A DNA stretch of 55,614 bases from the NCBI GenBank assembly GCA_964521965.1, contig CAZFUM010000001.1, positions 1 to 55,614 on the forward strand, in the 5' to 3' direction. Below the pieces are notes generated by a model. The model saw only the letters and a program-made list of their open reading frames with translations. It was not told where the DNA came from and searched no databases. This document shows positions 1-9,175 of the stretch, piece after piece; position 1 is the stretch's first letter, and every line of letters begins with the position of its first letter. The DNA is from an uncultured bacterium. Lineage in GTDB: Bacteria > Oederibacteriota > JAJYGY01 > DAIDJD01. The position numbers and the translations under genes are program-made.

Positions 1-210
1 CTTAATACCTGGACTCAATACAGCTTTCCGCTCACGGGCTTTGCTGGCCCCTATACCAAATGGGATCCTGCAGCCTGTGGCGGTGCGGGATGCGCCGTGT
101 CATCACCAGCGACTTTGGCTGAAATCAAGCAAACCATTTCTCGTTTTATGGTCGACTGCAATGCTGCTAGCGGCGCTGACTTTGACATCGATGAAATAGG
201 CATATATTAA
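1..210 (+). CDS. 3' fragment of an ORF cut by the window start; C-terminal part of a CBM-like secreted protein, laid out like the next gene
   Basis: Frame 1 is open from base 1 to TAA at 208-210 (...TISRFMVDCNAASGADFDIDEIGIY*). The tail resembles the ...VAIDVQISEKQGDGTVYFDDVVFK tail of the following ORF. Confidence 0.4.
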   Translation, partial: LNTWTQYSFPLTGFAGPYTKWDPAACGGAGCAVSSPATLAEIKQTISRFMVDCNAASGADFDIDEIGIY

Positions 211-224
211 GACAAGGGGGAAGC

Positions 225-860
225 GTGCGTCTTCAACATGGTTTAATACTCATCCTGGCTGCTGGCCTTTCTACTAGCTGCGCGGGGGTACTCCAGATCA
301 AGGCTCGCGGTGGCGGAGCCACAGCCACCTGCGGTGGCAAGTCGGTTCTTTTTGACGACTTTGAAAAGAAGTTGGGCGGCCCATGGAACTATGGCGACAC
401 AGCCAATGGGGGCAGCTGCAGCATGGGCGCAGAAAATTCTGAAGTACACGCAGGTAGCAATGCTATGAAGATCGAGTACAAGTCGGGTACCGGAACATGG
501 GGTTGCGGCTCTGGTTGGACGACCAACTACATGCCCACTGCGGGCTATTTTGATGCTACGGGCACTTGTGGCGTCGAGTTCTGGGCCAAGGCACCGATTG
601 GGGCCAACTTGTTCTTTAGTATTAAAGAAGGGAAGCAAAACGGCGGTGATGATGAGGTCTACAATGGCCCAGCCGTAACGGGTAATGGCCGCTGGAAAAA
701 ATACTATGTAAAATTTGAGTCATTTACCCGAGGTATCTACTCGGGTAATCAAGCTGGTGATGACAGCTTTACCAATTCTTCACTTGTTGCCATCGATGTA
801 CAAATATCTGAGAAGCAGGGTGACGGAACTGTCTATTTTGACGATGTAGTCTTCAAATAG
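225..860 (+). CDS. Secreted lipoprotein with a carbohydrate-binding-module-like (CBM11/CIA30-like) beta-sandwich domain
   Basis: GTG start follows AAGGGGGA. The N-terminus MRLQHGLILILAAGLSTSC has a lipobox-like L-S-T-S-C. DDFE...WNYGD...VHAGSNAMKIEYK...VEFWAKAP...GTVYFDDVVF is the usual pattern of CBM11/CIA30-type modules. Confidence 0.6.
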   Translation: MRLQHGLILILAAGLSTSCAGVLQIKARGGGATATCGGKSVLFDDFEKKLGGPWNYGDTANGGSCSMGAENSEVHAGSNAMKIEYKSGTGTWGCGSGWTTNYMPTAGYFDATGTCGVEFWAKAPIGANLFFSIKEGKQNGGDDEVYNGPAVTGNGRWKKYYVKFESFTRGIYSGNQAGDDSFTNSSLVAIDVQISEKQGDGTVYFDDVVFK

Positions 861-875
861 CCTTTAAAAGCCTAT

Positions 876-913
876 AAAAAAGGCCCGTAGCTGAACTCCT
901 ACGGGCCTTTTTT
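876..913. terminator. Rho-independent terminator (A-tract / 10-bp stem / T-tract)
   Basis: aggcccgtag (881-890) pairs perfectly with ctacgggcct (899-908) around an 8-nt loop. It is followed by a T-run at 908-913 and preceded by an A-run. Confidence 0.75.
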
Positions 914-1018
914 AATTTCGCAGCGTTGACGAAACTGCCCAAAAACCTTAGACTTACAAGGCTTTTCGAGCTTTTTGACCTGCTACAACGACACCCTCTT
1001 CTAAGGCCCAAAGCCACG

Positions 1019-1966
1019 ATGAAAGGCTCACAAAAAGAAGCCGTCAACGGCTACCTGTTTATCTCGCCCTGGATTTTTGGGTTTTTGACCCTCATGTTAG
1101 GGCCTGTGCTTTTTGCATTTTATCTCTCATTTGCCGAATGGGATCCAATCAAAGGCTTAGGCGCCATTGAATGGGTGGGGTTGAAAAACTTTCGAGAGAT
1201 GGCCACAGATCCTCGTTTTGCGAAATCGGTCTACAACACCTTTGCTTTCACTTTTGCGTCTGTGCCACTAACCATGTCCGCCGGAATTTTAGTGGCGTTG
1301 TTAATGAATCAGAAGCTCAAATCGATCTCAATCTTTCGAACTATTTTCTACCTGCCTTCCGTCACCGCAGGCATCGCATCATCCGTGCTTTGGTATTTCA
1401 TTTTTCAACCCCAGTATGGCCTCCTGAATTATTCGATCCAAGAGTTTGGCCGCATCCTGAATTTTTTGGTGGGTTCCATACTGCCTGTGAGCTTCAATTT
1501 ACAGGGACCAGAATGGCTTACCGATCCCAATTGGGTTAAGACAGCTTATGTCATCATGAGCTTGTGGGGCGTCGGCTCGGGCATGATCATCTACTTAGCT
1601 GGCTTGCAAGGCATTCCTGAGCAACTTTACGAAGCCGCAGACATCGATGGCGCTAGCAGCTGGCAACAGTTTTTAAATGTCACGCTGCCCATGCTTTCAC
1701 CCGTCATCTTCTATAATCTTATCTTGAGCCTGATTGGCTCATTTCAGATCTTTACCCAAGCTTTTGTGCTTTCAAATGGCAACGGCTCACCAGCCGATGC
1801 TGCGCTATTCTTTGTGCTCTATATTTATCAGCAAGCGTTTCAGTTCCAGCATTTCGGATATGCCTCGGCTTTAGCCTGGGTGCTTTTTGTCGTCATTCTT
1901 ATTGCCACGGGTCTCCAGTTTAAATTCCAAGGCTGGGTGTACTACGAAGGCGAAGTCAAGAACTGA
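1019..1966 (+). CDS. ABC sugar transporter permease, CUT1 family (MalF/UgpA-like)
   Basis: Six TM segments and an EAA-loop region (LYEAADIDGASSWQQFLNVTLPML). The N-terminus MKGSQKEAVNGYLFISPWIFGF is typical. The track ORF opens at TTG 926, but that lies 13 nt after the terminator and has no SD. Confidence 0.9.
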   Translation: MKGSQKEAVNGYLFISPWIFGFLTLMLGPVLFAFYLSFAEWDPIKGLGAIEWVGLKNFREMATDPRFAKSVYNTFAFTFASVPLTMSAGILVALLMNQKLKSISIFRTIFYLPSVTAGIASSVLWYFIFQPQYGLLNYSIQEFGRILNFLVGSILPVSFNLQGPEWLTDPNWVKTAYVIMSLWGVGSGMIIYLAGLQGIPEQLYEAADIDGASSWQQFLNVTLPMLSPVIFYNLILSLIGSFQIFTQAFVLSNGNGSPADAALFFVLYIYQQAFQFQHFGYASALAWVLFVVILIATGLQFKFQGWVYYEGEVKN

Positions 1967-1975
1967 CCGGAGACC

Positions 1976-2905
1976 ATGATGAATTCCCCCACTACAAGCT
2001 CCTTCTGGTCCAGCAAACGGCGTATTGAAACGCTACGCAAAAGCGTGGCTCTGACCGTTATTGCCTTGCTATCGGTCACGATGATCGTGCCGGTGGCTTG
2101 GATGATTGCCATCTCATTAAAAGAACCTCAAAATGTTTTTCAAATGCCTCCCTTTAAGGTTGATTGGCATTGGATTAACTATCTGGAAGCATGGTATCCC
2201 CAAGGCCAGCCTACTTACGGCGACAATTTCATGGAAAACGTGAGGCTTTTCTTCCTCGAAAAAGAGTCCTTCTGGCTATACCTCTTTAATACTTTAGTGA
2301 TCACGGCCATGAGTACGTTCGGCGCCTGCCTTTCAGCCGCTATTGTAGCCTTTGGCTTTGCTCGCCTCCGCTTTCCTGGCCGCAATGGCCTTTTTCTCTT
2401 AGTTGTTTCGACTATCATGGTGCCTCACCAGGTCATCATGATTCCTACCTTTATGCTGTTTTCAAGCTTAGGCTGGCGCGATACCTACCTGCCTTTGATT
2501 GTTCCGGCCTTCTTAGGCGGCGGTGCTTATAATATTTTCTTGCTACGCCAATTCTTCATGACCATTCCTTACGAACTCGACGAAGCCGCCAAAATTGACG
2601 GCTGCAGCAGTTTCGGAACTTTTTGGCGCATCTTGTTACCGCTTTCTATTCCAGCCCTCGTCACAGTTGTGATCTTTGGTGTGGTCTATAACTGGAATGA
2701 CTTCTTAAACCCACTCATTTACATCAGTGATTCGCGAAAATTCACTTTAGTGCTAGGCCTCAATCAATTTCGTAGCCTTTATGGCAGTAGCACCAATTTG
2801 ATGATGGCTGCCAGCACGCTGGTGCTCTTACCGATCCTCTTGCTCTTTTTCTTTGGGCAGAAATACTTCATTCAAGGCATCGCCACCACTGGTCTAAAGG
2901 GCTAA
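1976..2905 (+). CDS. ABC sugar transporter permease, CUT1 family (MalG/UgpE-like)
   Basis: GGAG SD. EAA loop LDEAAKIDGCSSFGTFWRILLPLSIPAL. C-terminal QKYFIQGIATTGLKG is typical of MalG-type permeases. Confidence 0.9.
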   Translation: MMNSPTTSSFWSSKRRIETLRKSVALTVIALLSVTMIVPVAWMIAISLKEPQNVFQMPPFKVDWHWINYLEAWYPQGQPTYGDNFMENVRLFFLEKESFWLYLFNTLVITAMSTFGACLSAAIVAFGFARLRFPGRNGLFLLVVSTIMVPHQVIMIPTFMLFSSLGWRDTYLPLIVPAFLGGGAYNIFLLRQFFMTIPYELDEAAKIDGCSSFGTFWRILLPLSIPALVTVVIFGVVYNWNDFLNPLIYISDSRKFTLVLGLNQFRSLYGSSTNLMMAASTLVLLPILLLFFFGQKYFIQGIATTGLKG

Positions 2906-2920
2906 TTCTGGCGTTGCGAA

Positions 2921-2963
2921 GCCCCTCGTGCCGGTTCGCAACCCGGCCAGGGGCTTTTGTTTT
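2921..2963 (+). terminator. Rho-independent terminator after the permease pair
   Basis: Imperfect hairpin gcccct-cgt-gccgg / ccggc-c-aggggc, followed by ttttgtttt. Confidence 0.6.
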
Positions 2964-2983
2964 GAAGTCACCTCGAGTCTTGC

Positions 2984-4321
2984 ATGGCGAAAGTCACTAA
3001 AAAAATTGGCTTAGGCCTCTTGGGCCTCGGCACCGTGGGCAGCGGCGTTGCAGAACTACTTGTCAAAAACCGTCAGCATATTGAAAGCCGTGTGGGCGCA
3101 TCGCTTGAATTGCGTTGGGCCTTGGTTCGCGACAGCGGCAAAGTACGAAGCGTATTGCCGCCCGGCATGCGTGTTACCACCAACGCCGACGATGTTTTAA
3201 ATGACCCCGATACTCACATTGTCGTCGAACTCATGGGTGGCTTTGAACCAGCTCGCGATTATATTCTCAGGGCCATTGCTAAAGGCAAACATGTCGTAAC
3301 GGCCAACAAAGCCGTTCTCGCCAAGCATTGGGATGAGATCTTTCAAAGTGCCCATGACAAAGGCGTCGATGTCTATCTAGAAGCTGCCGTAGGCGCCGGC
3401 ATTCCCTGCATTCAAGCTATCAACGACGGTCTCGCTGCTAACCGCATTCGTGAAATTCAGGCCATCATTAATGGCACGACCAATTTCATACTAACGGGCA
3501 TGGCCTCTTATGGACAAACTTTCGAGAAGTCACTCAAAGATGCCCAGGCCAAAGGATATGCCGAAGCAGACCCTTCTTTTGATATCGATGGCACTGATGC
3601 GGCCCACAAACTTGCCATCTTGAGCTCTATTGCTTTTGACCAGCGTGTCCGAATTGAAGACATCTACGTACAGGGCATACGTGGCATCACCAAGGCCGAT
3701 ATTGATGCTGCCAAGCTTGAAATGGGATGTACGGTCAAGCACTTGGCCATAGCAAGGGCCCGTGATGACGAGTCGCTTGAAGTTCAGGTAGTGCCGGCCC
3801 TCATTCCCCGCGATCACCCCTTAGATTCTGTCGAAGGCGTCTACAATGGCATCTTAGTAACTGGCGATGCCGTCGGCCGCGTTATGCTTTATGGTCGAGG
3901 GGCAGGCAAATTGCCAACAGCCTCGGCAGTTATTTCAGACATCATCTATGTCGCTCGTAATGTGGCCGTAGGTGTAGCCGGCAAGGTTCCTTCTGTCGCG
4001 TATGACGTGGACCGCGTCGAATCACGCAGAATTACACCCCACGACGAAATTCGAAATCGCTACTTCTTGCGCTTCACGTGCCTCGATCAGCCTGGTGTTC
4101 TCGCGGCTATCGCCAATATTTTGTCAGAGCATGGCATCTCTATCTCTTCCGTCGCCCAAAATCAGAGGCAAAAGGGAAGTTCGGTGCCGGTTTACCTTTC
4201 GACTTATACCGCCAAAGAAAAAGCCATGCGCGATGCCATTGTCAAGATTGAGTCGTTGCCTGCCGTAAAGCAGGGTACTCTGGTCTTGCGACTCGAGATA
4301 CCTGAAGAAGAAAACACGTGA
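2984..4321 (+). CDS. hom: Homoserine dehydrogenase with C-terminal ACT domain
   Basis: N-terminal Rossmann motif [12 protein letters not shown]. Core ANKAVLA...EAAVGAGIP...[12 protein letters not shown]-like tail [29 protein letters not shown]. Confidence 0.95.
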   Translation: MAKVTKKIGLGLLGLGTVGSGVAELLVKNRQHIESRVGASLELRWALVRDSGKVRSVLPPGMRVTTNADDVLNDPDTHIVVELMGGFEPARDYILRAIAKGKHVVTANKAVLAKHWDEIFQSAHDKGVDVYLEAAVGAGIPCIQAINDGLAANRIREIQAIINGTTNFILTGMASYGQTFEKSLKDAQAKGYAEADPSFDIDGTDAAHKLAILSSIAFDQRVRIEDIYVQGIRGITKADIDAAKLEMGCTVKHLAIARARDDESLEVQVVPALIPRDHPLDSVEGVYNGILVTGDAVGRVMLYGRGAGKLPTASAVISDIIYVARNVAVGVAGKVPSVAYDVDRVESRRITPHDEIRNRYFLRFTCLDQPGVLAAIANILSEHGISISSVAQNQRQKGSSVPVYLSTYTAKEKAMRDAIVKIESLPAVKQGTLVLRLEIPEEENT

Positions 4322-5394
4322 GCCAGAAAGGCCTCATTGAGACCTACCGCCGTTTCTTGCCAGTCAGCCGCAAGACGCCGATTATCACGCTCTTTGAAGG
4401 CAACACGCCCCTGGTTCCAGCCTCCCGCTTGGCCCAGGTGATAGCACCTGATATCGACTTGCACCTCAAGTTCGAGGGCGCTAATCCGACAGGATCGTTT
4501 AAGGACCGTGGCATGACCTTAGCCGTATCAAAAGCTGCTGAAGAGGGAAGCCGTTGCATCATGTGCGCCTCAACTGGCAACACTTCTGCGTCAGCTGCGG
4601 CTTATGCCGCACGAGCAGGTATGAAATGCATCGTTTTGTTGCCCAAAGGGGCCATTGCCCTCGGCAAGTTGGCCCAAGCCCTTATGCATGGCGCTGAAGT
4701 AGTGGCCATTGACGGAAACTTTGATCAAGCTCTCGATTTAGCACGCGAAATGACTTCACGCCATCCCATTACCCTGGTCAATTCAGTCAATCCTTACCGG
4801 CTTGAGGGTCAGAAAACAGGCGCTTTTGAGGTGCTCGAGCAATTGGGGCAAGCGCCTGATTTTCACGCCATGCCTGTAGGCAATGCCGGCAATATTGCAG
4901 CTTATTGGCGCGGCTACCGTGAGGCCAAAAAGGCCGGTTGGGCCAAACGACTACCTGTCATGCTGGGATTTCAAGCTGCCGGCGCCGCGCCCATAGTCAA
5001 AGGCAAGATCGTCAAACATCCTGAAACCATCGCCACTGCCATCCGAATTGGCAATCCAGCTAGTTGGAAATTGGCTCTGGCGGCTCGTGTCGAGTCTGGC
5101 GGGGATATCTTGGCTGTCAGTGACCGCCAGATACTCGAAGCATACGCAGCCGTAGCCAAATATGAAGGTGTGTTTTGTGAGCCGGCCTCGGCCGCCTCAC
5201 TTGCGGGCGTGCGCATGTTGTCCTCAAAAGGCTACTTTAGCCGAGCCCGCAAGAAGCTAGGCCGAAAACCCCGTGTCGTCTGCGTGCTCACGGGCCACGG
5301 ACTTAAAGATCCAGATACCGCCATTGGACATAGCCCCAAACCTCGTGTTATCGCACCAACCCTTAAGGCCCTCGAAAGCCTTGTCAAGGTCTAG
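4318..5394 (+). CDS. thrC: Threonine synthase (short, PLP-dependent)
   Basis: GTG start overlaps the hom stop (GTGA). PLP-lysine motif [24 protein letters not shown] and NAGN motifs. Confidence 0.95.
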   Translation: MSQKGLIETYRRFLPVSRKTPIITLFEGNTPLVPASRLAQVIAPDIDLHLKFEGANPTGSFKDRGMTLAVSKAAEEGSRCIMCASTGNTSASAAAYAARAGMKCIVLLPKGAIALGKLAQALMHGAEVVAIDGNFDQALDLAREMTSRHPITLVNSVNPYRLEGQKTGAFEVLEQLGQAPDFHAMPVGNAGNIAAYWRGYREAKKAGWAKRLPVMLGFQAAGAAPIVKGKIVKHPETIATAIRIGNPASWKLALAARVESGGDILAVSDRQILEAYAAVAKYEGVFCEPASAASLAGVRMLSSKGYFSRARKKLGRKPRVVCVLTGHGLKDPDTAIGHSPKPRVIAPTLKALESLVKV

Positions 5395-5446
5395 CAAGGT
5401 ACCCAAGGGTTTGCAATAATATGCACTTATTGAACTTATCCGTGAG

Positions 5447-6613
5447 ATGCCCACTTGTGAGGCCCATGTGCTGTTCATGAAACACCCGCTCTGCGCCACC
5501 GTACTGCTACTTGTTCTCACCATGGCTGGCCAGGTACATGCCGAGGCTTCGGCGGTAGAACTTTATCAGGCTGGTCAGATCGAACTCGACCAGAACGACT
5601 GGACCGGAGCCGCCAAAAAATTTGAGCACGCTATCGAAGTTCAAAAAAACTATTCCGAAGCCTATGACAAACTCGGCCTTGCCCTTTATAACCAAGGCAA
5701 GATTAACGATGCCATTACTCAATTCACTCAAGCAGCTTTTTTAAATCCAAGATTCACTGAAGCTCTTTATCACGTGGGAATGGGCTATGAGTTCCAGCAT
5801 AACGATTTGGCCATGCGTGACGATGAAAAGACTCTCAAAAAACTTTTGAAATCCCAGTACAAAAAGGCGATTGATTGGTACAGCAAAGCCGTTAACGTTG
5901 CACCCGAGAATGATATGCCAGCGGTGGCGCGGTCCCATTTTCGCCTGGGAGTCATCAAACGCGATCTCGAGCTTAAAAAGAGCGGCAAGGACGGCGCTAA
6001 ACCTAATATGAAGCCCGCTATGGATCATCTTGAAAAAGCTGTAGCCCTCATTCCTGATTTTCCCGAAGCGCACAATGAACTCGGTCGAGTCTATGACATC
6101 ATTGGTCGCTATCCCGAAGCCATTGATCAGTTCACTTTAGCGATTCAAGGCCACAAATTTTTTGCATCAGCTTTTAGTAATCGAGGTGTTGCTCGTTGGC
6201 ATGATGGTAACTGGGATCTGGCTCTAGCGGATTGCCGTAAAGCAGTTGAAATCGATCGAAATTTTGCAGGTGGCCGCTTTAACTTGGGGCAGGTAGTCTT
6301 TGCGCGAGTGCAAGAACTCAAGGCCAATCAAGACAGGGCCGTGGTGCATCTTGAAGTTCAAAAGGCCATCGATGAATTTACTGCCGCCATCACCATTGAT
6401 TCAAAATTTAAGGATGCGTGGCATGCTCTAGCAAAGGCTCAATGGGCCTATCATGACTATGAGAGTGCAAAAAAGACTTATGAAAAAATCTTATTCGATA
6501 ACAAAAAGGATAAAGAAGCCAAGAAAGCCATGAAAGCTTTAGCCAAAGAAGAGAAAATATTTAAAGCCCATGTCCCCAAGCAATACTTGCAGGGAGAGGC
6601 ACCCAAGAAATAG
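5447..6613 (+). CDS. Secreted TPR-repeat protein
   Basis: Signal peptide MKHPLCATVLLLVLTMAGQVHA, so ATG 5477 may be the real start. Repeated TPR signatures (A..YD.LGLALYNQGK...AI..F..A..L.P). Lys-rich tail. Confidence 0.8.
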   Translation: MPTCEAHVLFMKHPLCATVLLLVLTMAGQVHAEASAVELYQAGQIELDQNDWTGAAKKFEHAIEVQKNYSEAYDKLGLALYNQGKINDAITQFTQAAFLNPRFTEALYHVGMGYEFQHNDLAMRDDEKTLKKLLKSQYKKAIDWYSKAVNVAPENDMPAVARSHFRLGVIKRDLELKKSGKDGAKPNMKPAMDHLEKAVALIPDFPEAHNELGRVYDIIGRYPEAIDQFTLAIQGHKFFASAFSNRGVARWHDGNWDLALADCRKAVEIDRNFAGGRFNLGQVVFARVQELKANQDRAVVHLEVQKAIDEFTAAITIDSKFKDAWHALAKAQWAYHDYESAKKTYEKILFDNKKDKEAKKAMKALAKEEKIFKAHVPKQYLQGEAPKK

Positions 6614-6616
6614 CTC

Positions 6617-7813
6617 ATGAAAACCATAGTCTTACTTTGCGACGGGATGTCTGATCATCCCCAGGCCTCATTGGGCGACAAAACGCCCCTTCAAGTCGCC
6701 AAAAAACCTAACATGGACCGCCTATGTGCTCAGGGCGAAACTGGCCTAGCCAATACAGGTGTGCCAGAATTGCCTATGGGCTCTGACGTGGGTAATATGG
6801 CTGTGCTCGGCTATGACCCGCGAAAATATTACAGTGGTCGCGCTCCATTTGAAGCCCTTAATTTAGGCGTCACGCTCGCTAAAGGCGAAACAGCTTTTCG
6901 CTGCAATTTAGTCCACGTCAAAGATCAAATCATGGACGATTACAGTGCTGGTCATATCAATACCGATGATGCCAAAGAACTCATCAAGATGCTCGATAAG
7001 CGCTTGGGTACGGACAAACTGCGCTTTGTTGCTGGCACCCAATATCGCCACCTCGCCATTTTTAAAGGCGCAGGATTTGAAGAAGCTAAATGCACCCCAC
7101 CTCATGACATTTCAGGTAAGACCATCGAAGAGCATTTGCCCAAAGGAAACAAAGGCAAAGAACTCAAACAGTTGATGCTAGATTCGAATCTTTATCTAGA
7201 AGGTCACGAGGTTAATCGCGAACGCCGGCGCGATGGCAAGAAAACTGCGAATATGATTTGGCTTTGGGGCCAGGGAAAAGCAGTTGAAATGCCAACATTC
7301 AAGTCACGCTTTCAACTGGATGGTGCGGTCATTTCTGCGGTTGACCTCATCAAGGGGCTAGGCCGTTCAATTGGCCTCGATGTTATTGATGTGCCAGGCG
7401 CCACAGGCTGGATCGACACGGATTTTGTCGGCAAGGCCAAAGCTGGCCTAAAGGCCCTGAAAAAGAAAGATTTTCTATACTTGCACCTTGAAGTTACCGA
7501 TGAAGCCGGACATAAAGGCGACACCGAGACCAAGGTTAAGGCCATCGAAGAAATTGACAGCAAGGTACTCGGCACTTTGCTCGAAGGATTGCAAGGCGAA
7601 GAGTATCAAATTCTCATTATTCCTGATCATCCGACACCACTCGAGACTCGCACCCATGCGCTTGAACCCGTGCCTTACGTTTGGTACGACAGCCGACCTG
7701 GCGTTCTCAAGGTGAGCGGTCTAAGCTATGACGAGACCCAAGCCAAATCATCTGGCATCTTTTGGCAAGAAGGCTGGGCTCTTTTGCCCGCCATACTAAA
7801 AGCAAAGGAGTAA
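6617..7813 (+). CDS. Cofactor-independent phosphoglycerate mutase family (archaeal ApgM type); operon context suggests a non-canonical homoserine kinase
   Basis: MKTIVLLCDGMSDHP...PMGSDVGNMAVLGYDP...FRCNLV...HLEVTDEAGHKGD...IIPDHPTP are alkaline-phosphatase-superfamily / ApgM motifs. The gene starts 3 nt after the TPR gene and ends 4 nt before lysC. Confidence 0.85.
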   Translation: MKTIVLLCDGMSDHPQASLGDKTPLQVAKKPNMDRLCAQGETGLANTGVPELPMGSDVGNMAVLGYDPRKYYSGRAPFEALNLGVTLAKGETAFRCNLVHVKDQIMDDYSAGHINTDDAKELIKMLDKRLGTDKLRFVAGTQYRHLAIFKGAGFEEAKCTPPHDISGKTIEEHLPKGNKGKELKQLMLDSNLYLEGHEVNRERRRDGKKTANMIWLWGQGKAVEMPTFKSRFQLDGAVISAVDLIKGLGRSIGLDVIDVPGATGWIDTDFVGKAKAGLKALKKKDFLYLHLEVTDEAGHKGDTETKVKAIEEIDSKVLGTLLEGLQGEEYQILIIPDHPTPLETRTHALEPVPYVWYDSRPGVLKVSGLSYDETQAKSSGIFWQEGWALLPAILKAKE

Positions 7814-7817
7814 TTCA

Positions 7818-9038
7818 TTGCCCCTGGTGGTTCATAAATATGGCGGTTCATCGGTCGCCACCCCTGAGCATATGAAGAATGTTGCCAAACGCATTACGCG
7901 CACCCGTCAGCAAGGCAATGACTTGGTGGTGGTGGTTTCAGCCCCCGGCGACACAACCGACGACCTCATCGCCCTTGCTCGCCAAATTACTAACGAGCCA
8001 GACGAGCGCGAAATGGACATGTTGCTTGCTACCGGTGAGCAGCAGAGTATTGCATTGCTAGCCATTGCCATCAAAGACCTTGGCTATGACGCCATTTCAT
8101 TTACAGGCCCGCAAGTCGGCATCATCACTGATGAAGTTTACGGCAAAGCCAGAATTGTCAAAGTGGGTGATGAAAAAATTCGCAAAGCTCTTAAATTAGG
8201 CAAGATCGTAATTGTCGCTGGCTTTCAGGGCCAAACCGAAAACGAAGAAATCACTACCTTAGGACGGGGCGGTTCAGACCTCACTGCCGTAGCTCTCGCG
8301 GCCGCATTAAACGCCGATGTATGTGATTTTTACAAAGATGTTGATGGAGTCTTCACGGCTGACCCCCGTTTGGTACCGGACGCAAAGAAACTGAATGCTA
8401 TCTCCTATGAAGAAATGCTAGAAATGGCATCATCAGGGGCACAGGTACTTAATTCCCGTTCTGTGGAATTTGCCAAGAAGAATGGTGTTAAAATTCACGT
8501 GCGTTCGAGTTTACATGATGGGCCCGGCACGCTCATCATAGGGGAGGTCAAAGGTATGGAAGACGTACTCGTTTCTGGCATTACTTATAATAAGGATGAA
8601 GCCAAACTCACTCTGCTAGGTGTTAAGGACAAACCTGGTATTGCCGCCACCGTCTTTCGAGCATTAGCCAATGCTGAAGTGAATGTCGACATGATTATTC
8701 AAGACGTATCTGAACAAGGTGTCAACAATATGTCCTTCACCGTTGCTAAAACCGATCTCAAAAAAGCCCAAGATACTTTGCGCAAAGTTTCTGAACAGCT
8801 AGCCGCAGGCGGCATTTCAACCGACGAGAGCATTGCCAAGATTTCAGTGGTGGGCGTGGGTATGCGTTCCCATTCGGGCGTAGCTGCCCAAATGTTTGAA
8901 GCTCTCGCAAAAGGCAACATCAATATTCAGATGATCTCCACTTCTGAAATAAAGATTTCTTGTGTCATTCACGAGCAAGATACTGACCGTGCGGTGCGCG
9001 CCTTACATGAACAATTCAAGCTCGGAGCCCGAACATGA
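7818..9038 (+). CDS. lysC: Aspartate kinase, monofunctional, with two C-terminal ACT domains
   Basis: TTG start. VHKYGGSSV, VVVVSAPGDTTD, GRGGSDLTAVALAAAL, and ACT repeats (LTLLGVKDKPGIAATVFRALA / VSVVGVGMRSHSGVAAQMFEALA). Confidence 0.95.
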   Translation: MPLVVHKYGGSSVATPEHMKNVAKRITRTRQQGNDLVVVVSAPGDTTDDLIALARQITNEPDEREMDMLLATGEQQSIALLAIAIKDLGYDAISFTGPQVGIITDEVYGKARIVKVGDEKIRKALKLGKIVIVAGFQGQTENEEITTLGRGGSDLTAVALAAALNADVCDFYKDVDGVFTADPRLVPDAKKLNAISYEEMLEMASSGAQVLNSRSVEFAKKNGVKIHVRSSLHDGPGTLIIGEVKGMEDVLVSGITYNKDEAKLTLLGVKDKPGIAATVFRALANAEVNVDMIIQDVSEQGVNNMSFTVAKTDLKKAQDTLRKVSEQLAAGGISTDESIAKISVVGVGMRSHSGVAAQMFEALAKGNINIQMISTSEIKISCVIHEQDTDRAVRALHEQFKLGART

Positions 9039-9163
9039 TCTCAGACGGCCTGCAGAGCGATTCATCTGATTTTTCACCACGCTGGCACGCCATGGCGACC
9101 GGCATCATTGCTGCTACGCTACTGGCAGTTTATTACACGGTCAAAGAACTGGTACTGCGCTAA
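9035..9163 (+). CDS. Candidate 42-aa single-pass membrane micro-protein (not in the ORF track)
   Basis: ATG overlaps the lysC stop (ATGA) and GGAG lies 7 nt upstream. Translation MISDGLQSDSSDFSPRWHAMATGIIAATLLAVYYTVKELVLR* has one hydrophobic helix. It fills nearly the whole lysC-cimA gap. Confidence 0.3.
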   Translation: MISDGLQSDSSDFSPRWHAMATGIIAATLLAVYYTVKELVLR

Positions 9164-9175
9164 GCAGGGGAAACC

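Noticed and set aside
926-1018. The TTG 926 start proposed by the ORF track for the first permease
   Set aside because: It begins 13 nt after the terminator T-tract and has no SD. ATG 1019 gives the usual short basic N-terminus before TM1 of MalF/UgpA-type permeases.
1171-1539. A 122-aa alternative-frame ORF inside the first permease gene
   Set aside because: It is on the same strand but in a different frame from a gene with clear ABC-permease motifs. It has no start signals.
2964-9175. Search for amino-acid leader peptides, T-box elements or lysine riboswitches upstream of hom, lysC or cimA
   Set aside because: The intergenic gaps are too short for such elements: 20 nt before hom, 4 nt before lysC and 12 nt before cimA. 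No structured leader is visible.
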